Source: Chthonomonadales bacterium | GTDB taxonomy: Bacteria; Armatimonadota; Chthonomonadetes; Chthonomonadales; Chthonomonadaceae | Assembly (NCBI GenBank): GCA_038217285.1 | Contig: JBBQPO010000068.1 | Span: 1-22,925, forward strand | Reading direction: 5' to 3' | DNA length: 22,925 bases | In this document: one piece after another, positions 15,547 to 22,925 of the stretch | Layout of the letters: each line of letters begins with the position of its first letter | Position numbering within the stretch: the stretch's first letter is position 1 | The notes under the pieces: model-generated | Told to the model about the DNA's origin: nothing | Seen by the model: the letters and a program-made list of their open reading frames with translations, nothing else | Database searches by the model: none | Translations under genes and position numbers: made by a program

Positions 15547-16944
15547 GTGCAGGAGTTTGATCTGATCGTGATCGGCGGCGGGTCCGCCGGGCTCAAGGCG
15601 GCGCGCACGGCGGCGCGTCTCGGACGCACCGTGGCGCTGGCGGAAGAGCGAGAGTTGGGCGGCGAATGCTTTTGGGCAGGCTGTGTGCCCACGAAGGCGA
15701 TGGTACGCGCGGCGCAGGTCTGGCAACTGGTGCGCCGCTCGCAGGAGTTCGGCATCCATGTCGAGATCAAAAAAGAGGACTATGCGGGTGCGATGGCCTA
15801 CAAAGAGAGCGTCCTCCGCAAAGTTGCGGGCGAGGGGCCGGAGGATGGGGGCCTCTCGAAACTCGGAGCGGTCTTCTACAAAAAGCGTGCCAGCTTCGAA
15901 GGGCCGCGCGAAGTGCGGGTCGGCAGCGAGGTTATCCGTGGCAAACAGATCGTCATTGCCACCGGGACTGTGCCGAAGATCCCCAATATTCCGGGCCTTG
16001 CCGACGCTGGCTATATTACGAACCGCGAAGCCGTCGATCTGCCGCGCCTGCCCAAACACATGGTGGTCCTCGGGGCCGGCCCTATCGGTCTGGAGTTCGC
16101 GCAGGTGTTTCGGCGATTTGGCTCCCAGGTCACGGTGCTGGCAAAGGATCCGCAAGTCCTGCCCCGCGAAGACGAAGATATCGCCGCGCTCGCCGCTGAA
16201 TTCCTCGTTTCCGAAGGCATTCGAATTTTGACAGGCTGCTATGTCGAGCAGGTCTCCCATCAGAACGGCCTGAAAACCCTGCGTGTGCGCCATCAAGGCG
16301 GCATCGAAACGATCGACTGCGACGAGCTGCTGGTCGCCATCGGGCGCGATGCCGCCGTCGAAGGCTTGAACGTCGAAGCGGCGGGGATCGAGTACGAAAA
16401 GCGCTGTATTCATGTCGACCGCTACCTCCGCACGAACGTCCCGCATATCTGGGCGGCAGGCGATATCGGCGGCGGCTATCTCTTTACCCATGTCGCCAGT
16501 TACGAGGGCAAACTGGTCGCCACCAACGCCTTCACCGACCGCCCGGAGCCGTTCGACCATCGTGTCGTCCCACGGTGTACCTACATCGACCCGGAAGTCG
16601 CCAGTATCGGTATCACCGAGCGACAGGCCCGCGAGGAGGGTCGCCACGTCGTGACGCACTCCTTCTCCTTCGAAAATCTCGACCGCGCCATCATCTACGG
16701 CGAAGCCAAAGGCCTGGTAAAACTCGTGGTAGACGAGCTGGATGGGCAGATCCTCGGCGCCCATCTCGTCGGTCCGGACGCCTCCAGCATCATCGCCGAA
16801 CTGGCGATCTGCATGAAGCATCACCTGCCGGTTTCCGCCATCGCCGACACGATGCACGCCTACCCGAGCTTCCCCGAAGCCGTCGAAGCCGCCGCCCTCT
16901 CCGCCCCCAACTACCGCGGGCAGGTAGAAGGCGCGACCGGGTGA
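15547..16944 (+). CDS. Class-I pyridine nucleotide-disulfide oxidoreductase (dihydrolipoamide dehydrogenase/MerA-like family)
   Basis: GTG start at 15547. FAD motif GGGSAG, redox disulfide GGECFWAGCVPTK, NAD motif GAGPIGLE, WAAGD and C-terminal HAYPSFPE. Confidence 0.92.
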   Translation: MQEFDLIVIGGGSAGLKAARTAARLGRTVALAEERELGGECFWAGCVPTKAMVRAAQVWQLVRRSQEFGIHVEIKKEDYAGAMAYKESVLRKVAGEGPEDGGLSKLGAVFYKKRASFEGPREVRVGSEVIRGKQIVIATGTVPKIPNIPGLADAGYITNREAVDLPRLPKHMVVLGAGPIGLEFAQVFRRFGSQVTVLAKDPQVLPREDEDIAALAAEFLVSEGIRILTGCYVEQVSHQNGLKTLRVRHQGGIETIDCDELLVAIGRDAAVEGLNVEAAGIEYEKRCIHVDRYLRTNVPHIWAAGDIGGGYLFTHVASYEGKLVATNAFTDRPEPFDHRVVPRCTYIDPEVASIGITERQAREEGRHVVTHSFSFENLDRAIIYGEAKGLVKLVVDELDGQILGAHLVGPDASSIIAELAICMKHHLPVSAIADTMHAYPSFPEAVEAAALSAPNYRGQVEGATG

Positions 16945-16993
16945 TCTATGCCCAGGGACCGATTGATATTTGAGTAGAAGTCGATTCCTGCGC

Positions 16994-18289
16994 TCACGCG
17001 TTCGAAGGCTCTGGCAGCCGGAGGGCGAGCAGTAGGCCGAGAAAGACGATCAGGGCCGTCAGCAGAAAGAGAATGGGAATTCCGAGAACAGTGGCGAAGT
17101 GGTCGTGGAGTAGGAAGAGGCTGCCGAGCGCGGGGTAGAAGGCCGAGGGCACGAACAGCAGGTTGATGAGGGCGATGAAGACCGGGCGTTCGTCCTCCGC
17201 GATGTGTGAGAGAAGATAGTGGTTCAGGACGATCCACATACCCCAGCCGAGCGTCCCACCCATGAAGAGGAAGACCAGGGCGAACAGCCAGGGGGAGAGA
17301 GTTCCGAGGGTCATGGCGAGGATGGGGGTGAGCAGGCAGCCCAGGGCGAGGGCGCGGACGGCGGTGGCGGGGTTGCGGCGTTCGCTGAGGTAGGTCCAGA
17401 GCGGCATCAGCGCCACGACGCCGACGGCCTGCGCGGTCTGATAGATGCCGCCCCAGGCGTCGGTGAGTTGGAATCGGTGCAGGGCGTACAGTACGTAGAA
17501 TGGCGCGGAGGCGCTGCCGAACCCGATCAGCAGTTGAATCCCGGCGAGACGGGCGAACGTGGGATTGTTGCGCACCAGCCCCGGCAGACGGCGAAAATAG
17601 GCGATCAGGGGAATGTGCGCCTGTATTGCCGAGGGTGGGAAGGGCGGCTCGCGGATGAGCAGCACCCCGAACAGCGACACCTGAAACATAAGCGCGGCGA
17701 CCAGCAGTAAAAGAGCGTAGTTATGAGGGTAGGGGAAGTGCGGGGAGGCCAGCACGCCGCGCACCAGAAAGGCGGCGATCAGGATGCTGATCAGGCCGGA
17801 GACGAGCTGTGTGGTGGCGAAGAAGCGTCCACGCACCTTGTCGGAAAAGGCCCGCGCTACGATCTCCATCCAGGGCACATAGCCCAGACCGTCTCCGAGC
17901 GCCCAGAGGGTGAGAAGAGAGACGAGCGCGAGGAGCGCGTTCCGTTGGGCTGTGGGAGAATCTGTCGCATGGTAGACGTAGTAGGGAAGAAACAGTAAGG
18001 GCAGACGGGTTACGGCGGCGATGAAGGCCAGAAACGGCTTCTGACGGGGGCGGCCATGCGTTCCCCACGCCACAACGATCTGCAGCCCGTTGAAGGCCAG
18101 ATAGCGCAGTGTTACGAAGCCACCGATAAGCAGACTGCTGCCGCCCAGGCGTTTCAACAACAGCGGGAGCACCGCGCTTGGATCGGTAAACGCCATTCCG
18201 AGCGAGAAAAACGTTACGTCCAGCATCAGCGCGACCAGGTTCCAACGCACCTGCGCCCCGTCGCGCTTCACTACTTGCTCTTGATCCAT
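16994..18289 (-). CDS. MFS-type membrane transporter
   Basis: 431 aa with ~12 hydrophobic segments. ARAFSDKVRGRFF and HIAEDERPVF loop motifs are typical of MFS halves. Confidence 0.85.
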   Translation of the reverse strand: MDQEQVVKRDGAQVRWNLVALMLDVTFFSLGMAFTDPSAVLPLLLKRLGGSSLLIGGFVTLRYLAFNGLQIVVAWGTHGRPRQKPFLAFIAAVTRLPLLFLPYYVYHATDSPTAQRNALLALVSLLTLWALGDGLGYVPWMEIVARAFSDKVRGRFFATTQLVSGLISILIAAFLVRGVLASPHFPYPHNYALLLLVAALMFQVSLFGVLLIREPPFPPSAIQAHIPLIAYFRRLPGLVRNNPTFARLAGIQLLIGFGSASAPFYVLYALHRFQLTDAWGGIYQTAQAVGVVALMPLWTYLSERRNPATAVRALALGCLLTPILAMTLGTLSPWLFALVFLFMGGTLGWGMWIVLNHYLLSHIAEDERPVFIALINLLFVPSAFYPALGSLFLLHDHFATVLGIPILFLLTALIVFLGLLLALRLPEPSNA

Positions 18290-18295
18290 GCTCTA

Positions 18296-18301
18296 AGCAT
18301 A
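18296..18301 (-). promoter_or_regulatory. -10 element implying leaderless MFS mRNA
   Basis: Minus strand reads ATCGGG-TATGCT-TAGAGC-ATG, with no SD. Confidence 0.55.
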
Positions 18302-18335
18302 CCCGATCCGGCCTGCTCCAACGAAGGAATTCACC

Positions 18336-20306
18336 ATGCCCACCGCTATTGAAGAGAGACCCGAACCGCCGAACCGTCTGCATCAACTGCGCGAAGGCTT
18401 GATCGCCATCGGCCTCGTCGTGGCGTTGCTGGTGGTCGGCTGGAAATGGCAGCACAGCGCGGCACGGGCGCAGGCGCGTCATTCAGCGTCGCTCCAAACC
18501 CAGGCGGAGACAAAACAGCCTGCCAACCATCTGGCAGGTTCGACCAGCCCCTATCTGCTGCAGCATGCGCACAATCCGGTGGACTGGTATCCGTGGGGCA
18601 CGGAGGCGCTGGAACTGGCGAAGCGGGAGAACCGACCGATTTTCCTCTCGGTCGGCTACTCGGCCTGCCACTGGTGCCACGTCATGGAGCGTCAGGATTT
18701 CGAGAGCGAGGAGATCTCCAAGATCCTGAATCAGAACTTCGTCTGCATCAAGGTGGATCGCGAAGAGCGCCCCGACATCGACAGCCAGTATATGACCGCC
18801 CTGCAGATGATGACCGGCTCCGGCGGCTGGCCCATGTCGGTCTGGCTAACGCCGGACCTCAAACCGTTCTATGGCGGCACCTACTACCCGCCGGAAGATT
18901 TCAAGCCACTGCTGCAAAAGATCGCCGCCCTCTGGAGCACGGACCCGGTGAAGGTCCGCATCGCCGCCGATAACGTCTCGCTCGGGATGAAACAGGCGAT
19001 GGAGGCCACGACCCGCAAGACCACCGCCGCCATTCCCGCCGACAGCCTCGCCAGAGCAACCGCCTCTTATCTCAAAGATTTCGACGCCACGAACGGCGGC
19101 TTCGGAACGAAGCCCAAGTTCCCCGATGCCCCACGACTGCGTTTCCTGCTCGATCAGTTTCGCCGCAACCGGAACCCGCAGGTGCTTGCCCTGCTCACGC
19201 GTACGCTCGACGGGATGGCGCGCGGCGGAATCTACGATCAGCTCGGCGGCGGCTTCCACCGCTACAGCACCGATGCGAAGTGGCTCGTGCCGCATTTTGA
19301 GAAGATGCTCTACGACCAGTCCCAACTGGCGCAGGTCTATCTCGACGCCTATGAACTGACCCATGAGGAGCGCTACAAGCAGGTCGCGCAGGGCACGCTC
19401 GACTTCGTGCTGCGCGAGATGACGGACCCGAAGACAGGAGGCTTCTATGCCACCCTCGATGCGGACAGCGAGGGCGAAGAGGGGAAATTCTATGTCTGGA
19501 CGGCAGAACAGATCGAAACCACGCTGGGTAAAGCCGAGGCGGAGCGCTTCGGGAAGGCGTATGGCGTGACGAGCGTGGGAAATTTCGAAGGGGGACGTAA
19601 TGTGCTCTCACAGCCGCTCCCGCTGACGTCGGCGGAGACAACGGCTCTTGAACCTCTGCGCGCCAAGCTCCTGACGGCTCGCGGCTCGCGCATTCGGCCC
19701 AGTACTGACGACAAGATCGTGACAGGCTGGAACGGACTGATGATCGGGGCGTTCGCGAAGGGTTACGCCGTCACGCACGATGAGCGCTACCGCGCCGCTG
19801 CCACCCGTGCCGCCGACTTCCTGACCAAAACATTGACCCGGCCCGATGGCACTCTGCTGCGCGCCGCGCGACAGGGCGTGCCCGGCGCCGTGCCCGGCTT
19901 CCTCGACGACTACGCCTACACAACGGGCGGCCTGCTCGATCTCTACGCCGCGACCCACGAGGCGCGCTATCGGAAACAGGCGCAGACTTTGACCGAGCAG
20001 ATGCTGCGTCGCTTCTGGGATAAAGACGGCGCCGGTGGCTTTCTCATCCAGGGGCCGACAGGCGCACCAATATCGCAATCCCGCTCCGGCGAAGACGATG
20101 CAACGCCCTCTCCGACCGGCACCGCCGCACAGGCGCTCGCCCGCCTCGCCGCTCTGCCACCGACTGCGGATCAGACCCCCGCGCAGATCGCTCAGTATCG
20201 CCAGCAGGTCGCTCTCACGACCCAGACCTTCCAGCCGCTCCTCGTTCGCGCTCCCGCCGCCTTCCCGACACTGTTGCTGGCATGGCAGTCCGTCAAGGCA
20301 AAGTGA
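18336..20306 (+). CDS. Thioredoxin-domain protein, YyaL/SSP411 (DUF255) family, with an N-terminal membrane anchor
   Basis: [57 protein letters not shown] and [12 protein letters not shown]-terminal [15 protein letters not shown]. Confidence 0.93.
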   Translation: MPTAIEERPEPPNRLHQLREGLIAIGLVVALLVVGWKWQHSAARAQARHSASLQTQAETKQPANHLAGSTSPYLLQHAHNPVDWYPWGTEALELAKRENRPIFLSVGYSACHWCHVMERQDFESEEISKILNQNFVCIKVDREERPDIDSQYMTALQMMTGSGGWPMSVWLTPDLKPFYGGTYYPPEDFKPLLQKIAALWSTDPVKVRIAADNVSLGMKQAMEATTRKTTAAIPADSLARATASYLKDFDATNGGFGTKPKFPDAPRLRFLLDQFRRNRNPQVLALLTRTLDGMARGGIYDQLGGGFHRYSTDAKWLVPHFEKMLYDQSQLAQVYLDAYELTHEERYKQVAQGTLDFVLREMTDPKTGGFYATLDADSEGEEGKFYVWTAEQIETTLGKAEAERFGKAYGVTSVGNFEGGRNVLSQPLPLTSAETTALEPLRAKLLTARGSRIRPSTDDKIVTGWNGLMIGAFAKGYAVTHDERYRAAATRAADFLTKTLTRPDGTLLRAARQGVPGAVPGFLDDYAYTTGGLLDLYAATHEARYRKQAQTLTEQMLRRFWDKDGAGGFLIQGPTGAPISQSRSGEDDATPSPTGTAAQALARLAALPPTADQTPAQIAQYRQQVALTTQTFQPLLVRAPAAFPTLLLAWQSVKAK

Positions 20307-20374
20307 CTTCGATTGTGTCGCGTGCCCATAGCCAACAGTGCTCCACTTCCCTCTTGAACAGGAACAGTCGGCAG

Positions 20375-20413
20375 ACGGTCAGAGAAACCTAATGATCAGG
20401 TTCCTCTGACTGT
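20375..20413. terminator. Hairpin between convergent genes (probable terminator)
   Basis: ACGGTCAGAGAAACCT-aatgatc-AGGTTCCTCTGACTGT, a 16-bp stem with two imperfect positions. No clear U-tract. Confidence 0.5.
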
Positions 20414-20426
20414 TGGAGGGGTGAGG

Positions 20427-22640
20427 TCACGGAGCCGGATTCTGTCCCGACGGATCCCCGCTCTGTTCCGGATTTTCCACGCGTACTTCGTCCGTCGTAT
20501 CTCTCTCACTGTCCTGTAAGGGGGCGGTGACCGGCTCGGGCAGACTGCCATTCTCGGCAATTTCGATTTTCGGCGGGGTCGCAGGCTGCTGAGAGGCCTG
20601 GGCAGCCACCTCGTCCTGCGCTCTCTGGTGCAGGGCGGCCAGCAGCGTCTGCGTGTCGGGCGCGTTGATGTTACCAGCGGGAATGCCGAAGGCGGCGTTT
20701 ACGCGATGCTGCTCGGGGAGGGCGCGCACCATGAAATCGCGCCATATCGGCGCGCAGATGTCGCCGCCGGTCGCGCTTCCCATCGGAAGGTAGCGGTTCA
20801 GTACCGTACGCTGACCCTGCTGCTGCACCGTCTCTTTGTGAACGTGCGCGGTCCAGACTGCGACGGTAAGATCTCGGGTATAGCCCACGAACCAGGCGTC
20901 GCGATGGCTGCTGGTGGTCCCCGTCTTGCCATGAGCGTCGGGAATGGAGGCGGCAGCAGGGGCGGTCCCGTGAACCACGACTTCCCTCAGCCCGACATTG
21001 ATCTGGTCGAGGGCGCCCGCGTTGAGCACGGCGCGATGCAGGCGGGTTGTCGGATCGTCCCGATAGAGTTCACGGCCACCGGCATCGGTGATGCTCTGCA
21101 TGAAGGCTGGCTCGTAACGATCCCCGCTGTTGGCGAACGCCGAGTATGCGGAGCAGAGATCGAGTGGCCGAACGCCGGACGCGCCGAGCGCGAGCGGCAG
21201 AACCGCGTCCAGTTTTGTCGTAATCCCCATGCGTCCGGCGTAGTCCGCGACATTCGCCGGACCGACTTTCTCCATGACCTGCACGGCGACTGTGTTGATC
21301 GACTGCCGCAATCCGTCGAGCACTGTCATTGTCCCATGATGTCGGCCGTCGTAGTTGTGGACGGTCCAGTTGCCGACGCTGTTATGGTAGGAGAGCGGAT
21401 GATCGTCGATCTCCGTGCTCAGGTCACAGGCGTTGGTATCGAAGGCCGAGGCGTAGACGAACGGTTTGAACGCGGATCCCGGCTGCCGAATGCCCTGCGT
21501 CACGGCATCGAACTGATCGGTTCGAAAGTTGGCTCCGCCCACCAGAGCGCGGACAAAACCGGTGCGAGGATCGATTGCGACCAGCGCCCCCGTGTTCGGC
21601 CCCGTTCCACCCCGCAACCCGTGACGTAAGGAACTCTCGGCGCTCTGCTGCATCTTCCAGTTCAAGGTGGTCACGATCCGCACGCCGCTGTAGAGAAACT
21701 CCGGGCCGTACTTCTCGCGAAGGGTACGCACGACGTCGCTCACGAAGTAGGGAGCCTTCCAGTCGGCCTTCGGGGAATCGTGCAGGCGGAGAATGTGCAG
21801 CGGGCCCGCCTCGGCCTGCTCGACCTGTTGTGGCGTCATCTTGCCAGCCCCAACCATCCGGGCCAGCACCACACGTCGGCGGCGCAGAGCGGCGTCCAGA
21901 TGTTGGGTGGGAGCGAATGCGAGGGGGCGCTGCGGCAGTCCGGCCAGCAGTGTGGCCTCTCCCGTCGTCAGGTTCTTCGCGGACTTGCCGAAATAGGTGT
22001 TGGCGGCGGCCTCGACACCGTAGCAGGCGTTGCCGTAGTAGGCCGTATTCAGGTAGGCTTCCAGAATCTCCGCCTTGCCATACTGCGCTTCGATGCGCCG
22101 CGCCATCAGGATCTCGGCGATCTTGCGGCGATAGGTCTTCTCGTTGGACAGATAGAGATTGCGGGCCAGTTGCTGCGTGAGCGTACTGCCGCCCTGACCG
22201 CTCGTGTTGCCAGCGCGCATATTCGACACCAGTGCACGCAAAATGCCGCGTGGGTCCACACCATGGTGCGTATAGAAGCGGCTGTCTTCGGTCGCGATGG
22301 TCGCCTCTTGCAGCGTCGAGGAGATGTCTGCCAGTGCCACGGGACGACGCATCTGCATTTCCACGGTCGCCAGCGTGACGCCGTCGCTGGAGAGGATCGT
22401 CGTTGCCGGTTTCAGGCGCACATCGTTCAGGCTGGCGACCGCTGGCAGATGGTCGGAGATCGATTTGACGACCCAGACGCCATAGACCAGTCCGCCCGCC
22501 AGCGCAGTCAGCGCCGCCAGGGAGCAGGCCGCCAGAACGCGCCGACGTGTAAAGCGATGTTGAGCACGGCCCGCCGGCAGGCACGAGACTGTTGTCGTCT
22601 TTCCGCGCCCGAAACGAACCGGAGTAGTATAGATTGCCAT
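20427..22640 (-). CDS. Class A penicillin-binding protein (PBP1A family, transglycosylase/transpeptidase)
   Basis: N-terminal TM segment. Transglycosylase motifs EDSRFYTHHG, GGSTLTQQL, RKIAE and KAEILEAYLN. Transpeptidase motifs SAFK, SIN and KTG. ATG at 22640 chosen; the frame is open to 22679. Confidence 0.95.
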   Translation of the reverse strand: MAIYTTPVRFGRGKTTTVSCLPAGRAQHRFTRRRVLAACSLAALTALAGGLVYGVWVVKSISDHLPAVASLNDVRLKPATTILSSDGVTLATVEMQMRRPVALADISSTLQEATIATEDSRFYTHHGVDPRGILRALVSNMRAGNTSGQGGSTLTQQLARNLYLSNEKTYRRKIAEILMARRIEAQYGKAEILEAYLNTAYYGNACYGVEAAANTYFGKSAKNLTTGEATLLAGLPQRPLAFAPTQHLDAALRRRRVVLARMVGAGKMTPQQVEQAEAGPLHILRLHDSPKADWKAPYFVSDVVRTLREKYGPEFLYSGVRIVTTLNWKMQQSAESSLRHGLRGGTGPNTGALVAIDPRTGFVRALVGGANFRTDQFDAVTQGIRQPGSAFKPFVYASAFDTNACDLSTEIDDHPLSYHNSVGNWTVHNYDGRHHGTMTVLDGLRQSINTVAVQVMEKVGPANVADYAGRMGITTKLDAVLPLALGASGVRPLDLCSAYSAFANSGDRYEPAFMQSITDAGGRELYRDDPTTRLHRAVLNAGALDQINVGLREVVVHGTAPAAASIPDAHGKTGTTSSHRDAWFVGYTRDLTVAVWTAHVHKETVQQQGQRTVLNRYLPMGSATGGDICAPIWRDFMVRALPEQHRVNAAFGIPAGNINAPDTQTLLAALHQRAQDEVAAQASQQPATPPKIEIAENGSLPEPVTAPLQDSERDTTDEVRVENPEQSGDPSGQNPAP

Positions 22641-22925
22641 GGGAAAATCTTTCTTGTGCTCTGCAAAGAGGGCTCCCAACGCCTACCCAAAGGCAAAGAA
22701 ATGCCTGTACCGATTCCCGCAGAATGGGGAACTCGGTACAGGCACTCCTGGCCTTTGTTGTCGCCTTCCGACTTGGAAGACGCCAACGTTACTGTCCAGC
22801 CTGAAATCGCCGGGAATCTTTTGCCTTATCGTCTCGTAGGATACCTATGCTAACACGCGAAGCTTTCCAACACCTCTACGATCAAGGACCAGAAGCCGTA
22901 TTTACTCTGCTGACGGCGTTCGAAC

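Noticed and set aside
15547..16944. Mercuric reductase merA or lpdA symbol
   Set aside because: Lacks the C-terminal Cys pair and mer context, and has no dehydrogenase-complex context, so no symbol is assigned.

Overview
GC-rich bacterial chromosome segment. An Armatimonadota-like host is my inference from the gene style and the FG-GAP-repeat exported protein; the sequence does not prove it. In order, it holds: the 3' end of an IS4-like transposase, an M42 peptidase, an exported FG-GAP-repeat/Ig-like/cyclophilin fusion, an MFS transporter, a glycine-rich RRM RNA-binding protein with a long structured leader, prs, a ~1.7 kb more A/T-rich islet (antitoxin + VapC/PIN toxin + hypothetical gene) bracketed by imperfect inverted repeats, the tig-clpP-clpX operon divergent from dxs, a ~260 nt structured intergenic segment, a short Pro-rich ORF, an esterase, a class-I pyridine nucleotide-disulfide oxidoreductase, a second MFS, a membrane-anchored YyaL-like protein and a class A PBP. 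I found no rRNA, tRNA or CRISPR array. The most notable unexplained signals are the strand-biased (G-U) RNA structure at 13953-14211, the inverted-repeat-flanked toxin-antitoxin islet, the RRM leader, three leaderless genes with identical -10/6-nt/start geometry, and the propeller-cyclophilin fusion.
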